From Camelus ferus (Eukaryota): a stretch of 64,000 nt of DNA. Location of the stretch: assembly GCF_009834535.1 (NCBI RefSeq), contig NC_045696.1, forward strand, positions 57,414,001 to 57,478,000, read 5' to 3'. The translations under genes and the position numbers were made by a program. A model generated the notes under the pieces. That model saw only the letters and a list, made by a program, of their open reading frames with translations. It was not told where the DNA came from and made no database searches. Positions 49,470 through 62,125 of the stretch are shown piece after piece; position 1 is the stretch's first letter; every line of letters begins with the position of its first letter.

Positions 49470-51290
49470 TTTACCTGATACTCTACCATTCAACTTCTGT
49501 GATACAATGTTCTTCTGGTCCCCCTCCATCCTCCGCTTACAGATTATTGACCATTCTTTCTCAGTCTTCTTCATGGGTTCCCCTTCCCCAACATACCCCT
49601 TAAAGGCTACTCCTCAGGATTCATTTTCAGCCTACTTCCTTTCTCACTGGATTCATACTTTCCACTAAGCTCTCATGTTTTTAACTATCATTTGTAGGCT
49701 GATAACTCATAAATCTATAACTCTAGTCCAGATTTTTTCCAGAAGTCACAGTTTATCTATTCAGCAGTCAGTGGATATCTAAGTTGTCTTGTCTTTGGTA
49801 TTACAAATAAAGCTATGAATATTTGTATACAAGTCTATGCATGGACTCTTATTTCTCTTCCTGCTGAACATATCTATGTTCAACAAAACCAATACTGAAT
49901 TTATCACCTGTTTCTCCAAATCAACTCTTTATATATTCTTTGTTTTGGTTATACCACTGTCTCATTACCCAATATAGAAAACTTGTGATACCTGAATGCA
50001 TCTTTTATCTTACCCCTTATCAAAATACTTCTCAAGGCCTGATGATTTTTATTTTGAACAGCATCATTAAATTATAATTGATATACAACAAACTGTACAT
50101 ATTTAAAAGTGCAATTTGATAAGTTCTGATATTTTTCCCTACCACAATCAAGATAATGAACATATCCATCACCCCCCTAAAGTTTCCCTTTGTTTCACGG
50201 CAGTCCTTCCCTCTTTGCCCTCCCTGGTACCTTATTCCCAGGCAACCACTGATCTGCTGTCACTATAAATTAGTTTACATCTTCAAGAATTTTACATATA
50301 GTTATGATTATAGATTCTATCTAAACATCATTAGTTTGCAGAAATTATTACTGCAAGATATAATTACTTTGTATTAGTAGAGGAAGCAGGGAGAGGGGGA
50401 GAGAGCAAAGAGATTATATGATGGCATAAGCGGGGTTTTCTCATCTTTTTAAAGCCAAATCAAAGTATGACCTTTTCTGCTAAACTTCCTGCCTTTGTAT
50501 ACTTTAGAATAAAGAAGATTTTAAGATGTAGGCAGTTTCAATTACCAGATGCAGTTAACTGGCTTGGAAATAATTTGATCCTTTCAGATTTTGTTTTCAT
50601 TTTGTTGGGATGGTTCAGAATAGTGCTCAGTCTAATGTTAATTATCCCCCACTACCGAGATGAAACCTGAGTACTCTACCCAATGCTCCATTATTCATGA
50701 GGTTTTCCAGTTTGGCTGTTGGAATCAGGCAGTACCCCTGGCTTTGTGTGTTTCTGGTACTGTTCCTCTAAATCCTTTTGGATTACTGTTTTTCTTGGCA
50801 TTAGGTAGTTTCCTCAAACGCATGTGCCAATCAGTACACTACTGAATACTTGAAGGGGACTCTGCAGATCTCTGGAGCTCTCTCTTCCATGGTATTCTGT
50901 CTTGTGAACTATAGCCTACTTTTCACCCTCAGCATGTTGTTTCTTATCTCTGTACTTTTGCTTATATTGTTACTTCTACCTACAAATACTGCTTTCTTTT
51001 CTTCCTTTCTGGCCAAATTTTCATGCTTAATGTTTCATTTCAGGTGTTACCTTCTCCAGAAAGCATCCCCCCCTCAGTCTGGATTAGGAGCTCTAATACT
51101 TGTGCACCCTCAAACATTGTAACTTAATACACTGTAACATAATTGTGTTGTGTTGATCTCTTCCACTATACTGTAAGCTATCTGAAAAAGAGGTTCATAT
51201 TTTGATCAATTGTGTAAACCCAATGACAGACATATACCTGGCATATAGCAGATGCCTAATAAATCCATATTAAACTAAAAGAATCAATGA
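49470..51290. mobile_element. L2 relic (+) interrupted by minus-strand L1M fragments (~50040-50310 and ~50480-50910)
   Basis: L2 tail CCTGGCATATAGCAGATGCCTAATAAAT at ~51240. Reverse L1 3' end TATAATTGATATACAACAAACTGTACATATTTAAA. Boundaries approximate. Confidence 0.6.
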
Positions 51291-51719
51291 TTTTAATGAT
51301 TTGTTCTGCCTTCCCATTTTAACCTGGGAGAACTGTCTACTACTTCTTTTATGCCCTTTTATATCACCTGTCAAATACTGAGCTTGTAGACCGCTAAATA
51401 AATACACAATTAAAGCATTGTTTATTGTGATCACAGTATTTTTCTTCAGATATCACAGTAATTTTTCTTCTCTAAGCCTGAGATTTGGTCTAAAATCTTG
51501 TTAAGCACTGAGATAAGATACCAATTTTATAGTAAATCTGCAGTCTTTTATACTATTGTATATTCATTTTTTTTTCTGAAATACAATGGTAATAATAGAG
51601 CTTTTTAAACATCAAGTACAAGTCATATGCAATCAATGATTTCAGGAAAACTGGAATAAAACTGGTAATGCTTCTGATTAAACATAAAAAATTTTAAGTA
51701 TTTTGTAAAACCAAGTCAC

Positions 51720-51819
51720 CTTTTGATCTGTAGTATGCTCTGTAGCATAGTCATGACTGTAGATCCTATTTGAACATTGTCAGTTTGCAGTAAGTGCAAG
51801 AAATGATCACTTTGCAATA
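51720..51819 (-). CDS. IQCB1: IQCB1 exon 7, 100 nt: (V)LQSDHFLHLLQTDNVQIGSTVMTMLQSILQIK(S)
   Basis: tttatttag acceptor and AAG|gtgact donor. Confidence 0.96.
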
Positions 51820-53085
51820 CTAAATAAAGAGAAAAAAAAAAAAGATTAAGATTCTATGATGATTCAATTGGGATTTACTTGTCCTTTCAAAACCAAACCA
51901 AAGTTTAATTATTTCAGCTAAACCTCCTACCTTTGTATTCATTACAATAAAAAGATGATTTTAAGATAGTTTCAATAACCAAAAATAGACAGTTATTCCA
52001 CTTTTATAAACAGTAACAAATAAAGAATATCCACAAATACTAAGTTAAGAATCTATTGTTATCTCCCTTTAAATTAAAAATAAGATGTAACACATCCTAA
52101 ATCTGAATCTTTTTCTAGCAGTCAATTTCAGTAAACAAAATCAAATTTTCTGTGAAAAACAGAGAATATGAAGGAACAGAAATGATACAGATACCTATAA
52201 TCAGTGGCTCTTGACTTAAAAAATTTAATTGTTATATAATATGTCATGTTTGGTAGTATCTTAAGCAATAATAAAATCATTAACTACAGAACAATTTTTT
52301 TAATTGATTTGTAAATTTTAGGCTCTAAGCAGCCAGTTATGAAGACTTGGCACTAAATGCTTATGCAAATTGCTTAACCTCTCAGAACATCTATTTCTCC
52401 ATCTGTAAAATAAACAGCTCTCTCACAGGCTATGGTAGAATGTCCTACAACAGGGCAGACTTCCAGTAAATGTCTGTTTCTATTCCCTTCTGCACTAGCG
52501 GATCAGAATTTAAATTTAAGTGGGATCAGGGATGCTAGCAAGGCAGCTCTGTGAATACCACACTAGCTTCTACAAAACAACTTTCCTCTTTCAATCTCCT
52601 TGGTGAATATATTTGATTTCTTTCACATATCAACTACTGTTCTTCATTTGTATTTACGTAGTCCAATATTTCAATATTTCACCAGACACCAATTTTCCTT
52701 TAATGTTTAACAACTTCAAAAAACAATTCTACTACTATTAAATATTTTTATGGCTTCTTATTTTCTATTATTCAATAGCAAAATTCTCTTCTGTAGCTGA
52801 GATAAGTATATTTTTCCACTTTTGTCTCCTTAAAGATATTTTATTAACAACTCTTCATTTTGGATTCACTGAAATCATGTAGTATGTAGTGTGTATATAA
52901 GTTTATCTTTTTTCTACATTGGAAAAGATTATGATAAAATAATTTATTAAAGTCATTCCATCTTACTTTTTATACTAGTTGTCTTATATAACTTATTTTT
53001 GGAGCCCCTATTATGTTTTTCAAGTGCAGTCAGATAACTATTTGGTCCCCCAAACAAAAACTGGTACTTTTGCTCACTTCTTTAA

Positions 53086-54340
53086 ATAAAAGTTTCAAAC
53101 ATACATAAAAGTTTCAAACATACATAAAAGTAGAGAGAATAGTGTAATGACCTAATATATACCAGTCACTCAACTTTAACAATGATCAGCTCAAGGCTAA
53201 TCTTGATTCGCCCGCCCCATCCACTTTTTGCCTACTTTATTTTGAAGCAAATACAAGGCATCAAATCTTCATATCCACCAATATTTCAATATATATTCCC
53301 CATAGCTATGAATTATTAAAAAATAAAACATAACCATTATTTAACCTAAATAATCATGATTCCTTGATTTCATCATATATCTAGCCAGTGCTCCCATATC
53401 CAACTGTTTTGTTGTAAACTTTTATAAGTCTGTTTAAATCAAGATCCAAATAATACCTACATATTGTAATTGGTTATCTTTTAAATTTCTTTTAAACTAT
53501 GGGTTCCTACTCTACCTTTTTCCCCCTTGCAATTTACAATTGTCCTATAAGCTTCCTAAAGTCTAGTTTTGCTAACTGCATTCCTGGGGTATAATTTAAG
53601 ATTTCTCTGACCTTCTGTAAATTGGTAATTGGAGCTATTGAAGGATTGAAATGATTCAGGTTTGAATTTTTTGGCATATACATTTCATATGTGAGGCTGT
53701 GATGAGCCATTATGATGAGGCACTAATATCTGGTTGTCTCTCCTTTTGAGATGTTGACAGTGATGGATAATTAATTCCTCGATCTGTCAATTCACTGAAG
53801 GTTGCAAAATGGCTCTATTCTATCATACATTTTTCACTTATTGGAATATTTTTATAGACAGAAATTTCTCCTCATCATTATGTAAGAAAAGGCAGGATAA
53901 ATGCTGGATTCTTCATTTACCAGTTTTCAAAATGAACTGGTTCCCTAGCAGATTCTAATGGTAATTTTTTTAAATAGTGGTAGAGGAATATATAAAAAAG
54001 ATTAGCAAAGTGCTGATAGTTGTTGAAATTCAGTGATGAGTACATGGGGGTTCATTATACTACTCTACTTTTTCCATAAAAGGTTAATAGCCTCACTATA
54101 TTTGTTGTGTTCTAATCAACTGTAGTTATTATCCTTACTACTGTTCAAATTTCCCACTTTTGGCTAGAAGTCTTCTTATGTTGGCTCCTGAGTCCTTTTC
54201 ACAGAATCCTAATAGACTTTGACTGCTTCCTTCCTATCTAGTATTGAAGATACTTCCGGCTTATCTTGCATATTTTTGACCCCAGACCTATAGTCAGCCA
54301 TTTCCCCAAGGAGGTGACCCTTTTGAGAGAAAAGGTTATT
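53086..54340 (-). mobile_element. Old L1MC/ME 3' UTR relic, with a 19-bp tandem duplication at its edge
   Basis: TTTCAAACATACATAAAAGTAGAGAGAATAGTGTAATGA and CCAGACCTATAGTCAGCCATTTCCCCAAGGAG are reverse L1M 3' motifs. Confidence 0.7.
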
Positions 54341-55000
54341 GGACATCCTAATTTTGTACCCAGTTTAATTTAGTTTTAATATGTACTTTATTGATACTTT
54401 AAATCTCCTCAGATTAATCTGAGGAGTACTGTCACTTTTGTTACAATTATTATCATTGAAAAGGAATATGGTATATTTAAAAAATTTTTTAAGGTTCTCT
54501 CTGTCCCTGTCTCTCTTTTTACTAGGTCTTTAATATCTCACTACAGTGAGTCTAAGTACTTTATATTTTTGTTAAAATAGTTCTTTAAATTGGGAACTTT
54601 ATATACTTGTTCCATATTGGGAAATGAAAAGAGAATGCTTTTAAAAAAGGGACTATTTAAGCATATTACTTAGCTCTATAATAGATAGATTTCTATAGAT
54701 AGAATCCATATATAGATTTTGGATATAACTACCAAAAATATTAGTTATCCTAATTGAAAACTGCTGCCTTTGGAAAGTGGGAAATGGAGTGAGGCCCAAG
54801 GGCCAGAGATTGCGTTTTTTTTAAACAATCTTTATAGAACTATTTGACTCTTTAAATTGTGTGCATGCATAATTCTGAGTGAAAAATAAAATAGTAATAT
54901 TTAGTTCAATTTTTACTCTCTAAAAAAATCAATGTTCTTTTATTATTCATATATAGTTACATTTTTCTTAGATTAAATCTTTCAAGAAGGTAGGAATTGT

Positions 55001-55122
55001 GGGGAGGGTATAGCTCAAGTGGTAGAGTGCATGCTTAGCATGCATGGGGTCCTGGATTCAATCCCCAGAACGTCCGTTAAAAAAAAAAAATTAAATAAAT
55101 AAACCAAATTATAACCCCCCCC
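55001..55122 (+). mobile_element. tRNA-Ala-derived SINE (camelid Vic-1 type)
   Basis: GGGGAGGGTATAGCTCAAGTGGTAGAGTGCATGCTTAGCATGCATG...TTCAATCCCCAG, A-rich tail, TSD CAAGAAGGTAGGA (54983-54995 and 55123-55135). Confidence 0.92.
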
Positions 55123-55422
55123 CAAGAAGGTAGGAGTGTTATCATGATTATTATTAAGGATTACTTTCTCAGTCTTAAGGAAACTAACATATATTTACAT
55201 TTCTCTGTGTAAGTATAGAAATATGCTAAGTATAGAAAGGAACTTTGAAGTTCAGTAAAATGTCACTATATAAAAGCTTACTCTTATATCAATAGTTAGG
55301 CTGTGAGTTAAATCATATATATACTCTGTACATAAGGATTTCTCTCACCCTCATACTGAGTCTAAAACACAATTGTAATCTTTGAAACATAAAAAATTTT
55401 CCCTAAATTATTAAAATTATTA

Positions 55423-55549
55423 TTTTTTTATGTTGGTCATATTTTTTCTTTTAATTAATTTTTTTAACATTTTTTATTGATTTATAATCATTTTACAATG
55501 TTGTGCCAACTTCCAGTGTTCAGCGCAATTTTTCAGTCATTCATGGACA
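55423..55549 (-). mobile_element. Very short camelid-type L1 3' tail
   Basis: Reverse complement matches 1505-1590. Flanked by TAAAATTATTA at 55412-55422 and 55550-55560. Confidence 0.8.
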
Positions 55550-55842
55550 TAAAATTATTAATCCTTATCTTAGATTTGCTAAATAGAAAAAGCTAAGAAG
55601 AAAGTCATACTTTAGCAAATTTCCCCTTAATATAATATTCACATTGTTAATGTCGTCTATTTAAAGCTGGAACCTCCAAATGCGCTTTTATTTTTTTGTG
55701 TGTGGGGTTATTTCAATGTGGTTTCATTTAACTGTGGTTATCTGTAGTTAATGAGGTATTTATTTTTAGGAAAAAAAAAATCAAACTGTTAGCAGGTGAC
55801 TCTACAATGACTATCAGTTATATGAAAAATCTTTTCTCTTAC

Positions 55843-55936
55843 CATTTTGGATGAGTTGAACATGGCCTCCCAATAGCCAGAAGAGAGAATCAGTCACAAT
55901 TTGGAAAAAGTGTAGTAATGCATCTTTTTCTTCACC
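55843..55936 (-). CDS. IQCB1: IQCB1 exon 6, 94 nt: GEEKDALLHFFQIVTDSLFWLLGGHVQLIQN
   Basis: atgttaag acceptor and ATG|gtaaga donor. Confidence 0.96.
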
Positions 55937-57157
55937 CTTAACATATACACAAAAAACCCAATTTACTTTTCTGTAATTGTTTTTTTTTTTTTTAAAGACC
56001 ACTCTGTGGAATCACAGGACCTGGTTTCTGGATCTATCGTAGCTATTTATGAGGTCCATGACCTTGTAGCTTTTAGTTTTTTAATTTAAAAAACTGTGGT
56101 TACAGGCTTATGATACTTGCTCTACTTAACAGAAATGGTTGTTATCCAGAGGTCAAATAAGACAATATTAGTATAAGAAATACAAGTTTATATGCTAGGA
56201 TTTTTCAACACTAGCTATACATAAGAATCATCTCAGGAGCTTTAAAAAATATTCCTATGTAAAGGCTTTAGCACAAATATACTGAAATCTGAATCTCCAA
56301 AGTCAAAAGTCTTGACATCAAATTTTTACTGAATTAGGTGGGTGATTTGGCTATGCAACCAAGGCTGAAAATCACTGCAGTATGCAAACGTAGATGTTAG
56401 CATGTAAAGCACTATTATTAGTGCATTTCAGTTGCAGCTTCTACTCTATGACTCCATGAGGGCAGAGACCATGTTATTTACCTCTCCAGTATACACCCTG
56501 TGTCTAAAACAGTTCTGACATACAATAAATGTTCAATCAATATTTATCCAATAAATAAATGACAATTATTTCTGCTTCTTTCTTTCTGGAAAGTAGGGTC
56601 AGAAATTATTCTAGATTAGAGTATGCAACACAATGGGAAATAAGAAACAGATTCCATTCACAATTCTGTCTTTTCTGGCCATGAAACTTCAGTGGAAAGC
56701 TGTATAAAGGCCACCAATCTTATCCATGTCCTGAATGTACTGTGGCACAAAAGTAGTGACAACAGCAAAAACATGATTGCTATGATTACTCCTCATAATA
56801 ATCAAAGTATTTTCTTTCTATTACTCTAGCACAGGATTAGATAAGTGCTTTAACAGACAAGTACTAACAAATATTACAATAATTTAAAAAGAAAGAAGTG
56901 TCAGATTAGACCAAGAATCCCTTTAGTCCAATAAACTGCCTTAGCCAGTTTCACGGAAGCAGCAGAAAGGGCACAGCTATCCTCATTGCTGATAACCTCA
57001 AAAGATAGTGCTGAGCTCCTATACTTAATACTTTCCTTTAAAAACCCATTAGATAATGTCACGCATAAATTCACAGCCTTTGAGACTCGGTTAACAAAAT
57101 TTACCCTTAAGCCTCTTCAAAATTCTGGCATGGGTATTCTTCTATTCTTATAGATAG

Positions 57158-57159
<2 letters not shown>

Positions 57160-57188
<29 letters not shown>

Positions 57189-57215
57189 CTGTATGTGTGT
57201 GTCTGTGTGTGTGTG
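57160..57215 (+). repeat. (TG)n microsatellite, read as (CA)n in IQCB1 pre-mRNA
   Basis: About 14 pure units followed by interrupted units. Confidence 0.95.
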
Positions 57216-58639
57216 CATGTATACATGTAAGTATATTTTAATAAGTTTGCAATTTAGGCTATAACATCCTGTGTATGTCCCACCATACGCTCTACTTACC
57301 TATATGCCAGACAATTAAAAAATACATTTATGACTGGGAAACACCTAGGTAGATAGAACTACTAGATAAATTCAGTTTTCTTGTCATCTTTTTTTTCAAC
57401 ATTAGAAACAGAATTTTAATTACCTGTAATCCAAAGTCCAAATTGTTTTATTTTATTCTGTATTGATAATTAACTTTTTCTGTGCTTCCCTTTTGCCACG
57501 ATAACCTATCAAGAAATGAGTGCTATGGGGGGAAGCATATGGGCTCAGGGGCAGAAACTGAGCTTACAGAGCAAGGAGAGTTGGTCCTCCTGCCCAACCA
57601 GCTTGTCCATCACACCAGCACCTGCTCCATAGGAACCTGAGTCATGAACTGAGAAAGCAGCTTCCTGCCTGGATTCTGGACACTTTCCCTGTGCCCGGCC
57701 TGTGTCTGTGCACTGAATCCTCTCTCATCTTTTTATCCACCATTTTACTTTGCTCTGGGGTCAAGTGGCCCTCTTTTTTGTAGCTGATTTACTCCCTTTG
57801 ATGTATATACTAAAGATTTTTTATCTCTCCACAAATTCCATAATAAAGAGTAGGAAAGTATTATGAAAAGTACTGAAGGACTATTTAAATGAAAAGAATA
57901 TAATTATTATTGCTCTTAAGTGGAGAATATTAAATAAAAGTACTTTGAGAAAAACATAAAGTTTTCATAATGGTCTGAACTATTCATGAGATGGAAATTC
58001 ATTTCACAAAGGAGGAGACTGAGGTACAGTGAAATCAAGTAGTTTGCCTCAGAACCCAGAGTCAGTCGGTGACACAGCCAGAAAAAGAAATCAAGCCCAA
58101 CACAATTTCCATAGTTCACGTTGCTTTAATTGGACTGAACTGAATTAAGCCCAGCAAATATGCAAATGTTTATTTACTGCTAGCTTCCCTCAAAATGTCA
58201 GTGGAGATGCTAGAAGTGGTATTTGGGACCTGTATGCTCTATCACTAAGTTAAATTCTCTGCTGACAATACTTCTCACACTCAAACCACTTTTTTCTCCA
58301 TATTATTGTACATCTTGCTCAGTTTCACTCTTACAATTTTTTATTGTTTTTGAATCAAAAATATATCTGTCTTAGGTTTTCCATAAGAAATATCTAAAGA
58401 TTTTACCTACTTCATTAGTCTGAGAGTTTTTTAAATGCAAGACTGTCAATTCCTTATATACTCAAAGCATCTCAAATGAAACTTAACATCCCACAGTGAC
58501 AAGTTATTTCCCTTCATAATTCACAAAAGCTGTCAATCTGCTCAATCTCTGAGGTGGCAATATGCCTATAAATATATATAGCCAAGAACTCTTTCAAAGT
58601 AAAGGAGTTTCATCCTTGCAGACTTATCACCCCTTATAA

Positions 58640-59025
58640 ATTCTACATAACCAAACTGATCTAATTGACATTCACAGAACATTATACACAACAACTGCAG
58701 AGTTCACATTCAAGTATACAGGGCATCCTTGCTTTTGCATGGTACCACATTAAACGAAATTTGTGTATATCAAAACCTTTACATGGTTCTGATACCAGTT
58801 AAGATAGCACTGGATATCAAGGACTGTTTGTAATGGAACATTCACCAATATAAAACATATGGAGAGCCATAAAATAAGTCTGGAAACATTTCAAAGGATT
58901 GAAATGACACAGAGTATGTTATCTGACTATGACAGAACAAAATTAGAAATTGATAACAATAAAACATAAAGAAAATCCTCAAATATTTGGAAACTAAGCA
59001 ACATACTTCTAAATAATCCATGCCC
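58640..59025 (+). mobile_element. L1 ORF2 endonuclease-region fragment interrupted by a 112-bp TA-flanked MITE (58719-58830)
   Basis: L1 motif TTCAAGTA|...|ATGGAACATTCACCAA is split by CAGGGCATCCTTG...CAAGGACTGTTTG with TA on both sides. Confidence 0.75.
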
Positions 59026-59544
59026 CCCACACCCCGCAAAAAAAAAGGGAAACATAGCATCCAGCACAATTCACCCAAGAAATACTTCTTGGCTTGAAAT
59101 GAATCCTGTTTGGGTTGAAATATTTCGACTAAAGAGGATTTGAAAGATCAAACAGAAAGTTCACCTTTTTTCTTCTTCACCATTGGCACTATGAAGAAAA
59201 GCCTTGGGCCCAGAGAACAATATTTTCCTCTACTGTTAAGTAGAAAGTACGTTTTAGGAAGATGCTGTGGAAATATGTGTCTAATGAGTGCTGCTCAAAA
59301 TTCAGTCCTAAAGCAGATCCTTCAAAAAGCATACTGTTATACAGGATGTTTCAGTCAGCACTTCAAAATTTTCAAATGTAAAGATTTTTTTTTATTTGGT
59401 TGCAGTTTTAAAAATGTTTGAATCTATTACTCTAATTGTACTTTCAGCCAAATATTGCACATTTGAAAAACAATGTGGAACATCTTCTCAAGAATTCAAT
59501 TGTTTTTTTCTACAAGACACAAAACCCTAAATAAATACATATAC

Positions 59545-59674
59545 CTTAGATGCGTTGATGAAACATGTTTGCAATCGCCTCCCCAAAATCAGAAAATTTT
59601 CTGCAGCCGATGGAAGTAATTCATTGTAAAATTCCTCTGCATCTTCTCCTGGCTCCAAGCCCACACAGCAATGG
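59545..59674 (-). CDS. IQCB1: IQCB1 exon 5, 130 nt: (S)HCCVGLEPGEDAEEFYNELLPSAAENFLILGRRLQTCFINASK
   Basis: catttcag acceptor and AAG|gtatat donor. Confidence 0.97.
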
Positions 59675-61629
59675 CTGAAATGAGAGCACAAGTTTGTGAC
59701 TCAGTTTATGTTAATTGTAAATTATAGTTGAATGCTAAAGTTTTTATAGACACCATGCCTTAATGAGAACTTTTAGCATCTCTCTTTTGTTGCCAAGGCA
59801 ATAAAGAACTTCTGCTGGAAAATCAATACAACAACTTTCTAGAAAAGTAAACAGTGGTGTGAACCATGCCTGTACTTAGAGACAGAATTCGTATGTCCTA
59901 AAAACCTACTTGTCAATCCTTCAGGAAACAAAACACAGCTGGCTCACAATAAAGAGAAAGAGGCAAGTTTTCAGTGAATGGCATACAAACACCTAAAAGC
60001 AATAGGATACCTTGAAAGTCTAATTCAGGAATAACATTTGTGTTAACTGATACATTTTAGACATCTGTTAGCTGAAAAATAGGGTAGTATTAGTCTGTAA
60101 GGGATAGATTAGGAAATCAAAAACTCTAATTTTATACCAATTCTTTCCAATAGATCTACTTTCCTAAAATCTGCAAAATATTTGATTGCATATTCCCTAC
60201 ATCTGAAAAGGAAATGGCAAAAACTCTAGTAGAACACTCTACAATATACATTGAAAGAGAGACTATACATTGAAAAAGAGAAGAGAGAGGTGTACAATAT
60301 ACGTCGTTTAGAGAAATGAGTCCTCTGGAAACCACACGTAGTCATTCCTTGGACATGAAATGAGTATATTCAGAAGTTTCAGTAATAAAAAGAATTTGTA
60401 CAGACTAATACCAAAGAAAGTCCCCATGCAAAGAATGGTCTCTATGTGTGTACTCTAATGAGTAGGTACTGCTGTTTAAGGCTCTTCCACAAAATGTGCA
60501 GACACTGATGAGCAACATTGACTATATATTGAGTATGCTAAAAACTGACTAATGCTCAATGTGTCATTTTTTTTTTTGCATATCAATTCCCAAGGTCAAC
60601 AGACTTACATGTATCAGTTTCTCTTTTCTCTTTGGTTTGAAAGTTAATTAAGAATATCTATTTTGATTAAGAACATTAATAAATGAAATTATGTTCTTTG
60701 TACATTCACAAACATGGGGATTTAAGACTTGGATTCCACTTCTGAAAGCCAAGCTCAATCAATATTTTCATGAGCAAACATATCTAACAAAACAAAGCCA
60801 TAAGGCTTTATTTACTTAAGGAAATAATTAACCTTGAAAATTAAAGTATAAAAATATTATATACATTTGTTAACTGTTTTTCCTAACTGTACACCTTGAA
60901 TCTGGCCTTTATCTAAAACAAATTATGAGTAAGCGCTTTCGAAAGCTAAGATCCAATTAGTAATGTACATTTTCAGTTAATTAGGAAGTGGCTTAGACAC
61001 TGAGAACAGCTGGTTTATTTTATTGCTTCTTATAAAAAAAAGATTTTGATCTCTTTTATCTTAATTTCTAGAATGGCAGTAGATCGGTAAATGATGCTTC
61101 TAAATTTTATTGATAGGATTTTGGGTTATTTAATGAAATATACAGTTAAGATAGCTAAATCAATATATTGTGAAATGAATCGTTTCTGTAGCTGTTCTCC
61201 CATAGTACTTTGCTATGCCTTTCATTTCGGCACCTATTTCATTCGGCCTTGTATGATCAATTCACATGACTGACTGTCATCTCATCTCTATTGTAAATTT
61301 TTTCAGTATAAGAGTCAGTGCCTTAATCTTCTCATTTTTTCAATATTTCTTAGTCAATAAAGAGTCTGTTAGGCACTTGAGATTCAGTGATGAGCAAAAG
61401 ACAAGATCACCATCTTCATCCAGCACATGGAGTAAAATTTTAGACAGTGGCATACTCCCATACACAGCTAGGAAAAATAACACAGAGTATGAAGGAAAAG
61501 TACAACCATAACCTACCATGGAAGGTTGCCAATGCTTGTTAGGCAGATGAAGAAAAGGAAGAAAATGTTGAACGTAAGAATATACTACTATATCCCTCAA
61601 GAACAAGCTAACTTACTACATCATTTTAC

Positions 61630-61792
61630 CTTAATATCTGTGTAAGCTGGGAAATAGTAGTCCAACCACCCTGGATTCGAGAACAATCTTGACTGAGGAC
61701 CAAGAGGCAATACTGAATGAGATCATAACAATATATATCTTGTTTGATTTTCTTCAACTCTGAGCTTCCTAAAGGTGTGTTATTCATTATTT
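61630..61792 (-). CDS. IQCB1: IQCB1 exon 4, 163 nt: (E)IMNNTPLGSSELKKIKQDIYCYDLIQYCLLVLSQDCSRIQGGWTTISQLTQIL(S)
   Basis: tgccttag acceptor and AAG|gtaaaa donor. Confidence 0.97.
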
Positions 61793-62025
61793 CTAAGGCA
61801 AAAGGAAATAAGATATACTTATTTTTTGCTCAATAAAACCAAGAGCTATCTGTATTTTTATAGGTTGAATAATAACTAAAAATACACTAAAAAAGGAAAA
61901 AGCCATCACTGCTTTATCTCAACTTTAAGATTTCACTGAACAAATTAAAAACAAATTCTAAAATTGTATCCATGATGGAACTGTTACTTAAGAAGTGTTA
62001 GACAATCACAGAAAGATTTTCTTAC

Positions 62026-62125
62026 CTTTTAACCTCAACAGTATAACAGGGACATTCTGCTCAGGACTGTTTGCAACTTCAGCAGCTAGAGATAAGATCC
62101 TTGGGTCTGTACCTGTTGGCTTCAT
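62026..62125 (-). CDS. IQCB1: IQCB1 first coding exon (exon 3; exon spans 62026-62137): MKPTGTDPRILSLAAEVANSPEQNVPVILLRLK
   Basis: aaatatag acceptor, ATG at 62125, AAG|gtaaga donor. The 13 exons sum to 1797 nt (598 aa plus stop) with consistent phases. Confidence 0.97.

Noticed and set aside
57510..57775. GC-richer patch resembling an old LTR
   Set aside because: No clear TG...CA ends or TSD, and I could not assign a family by eye.
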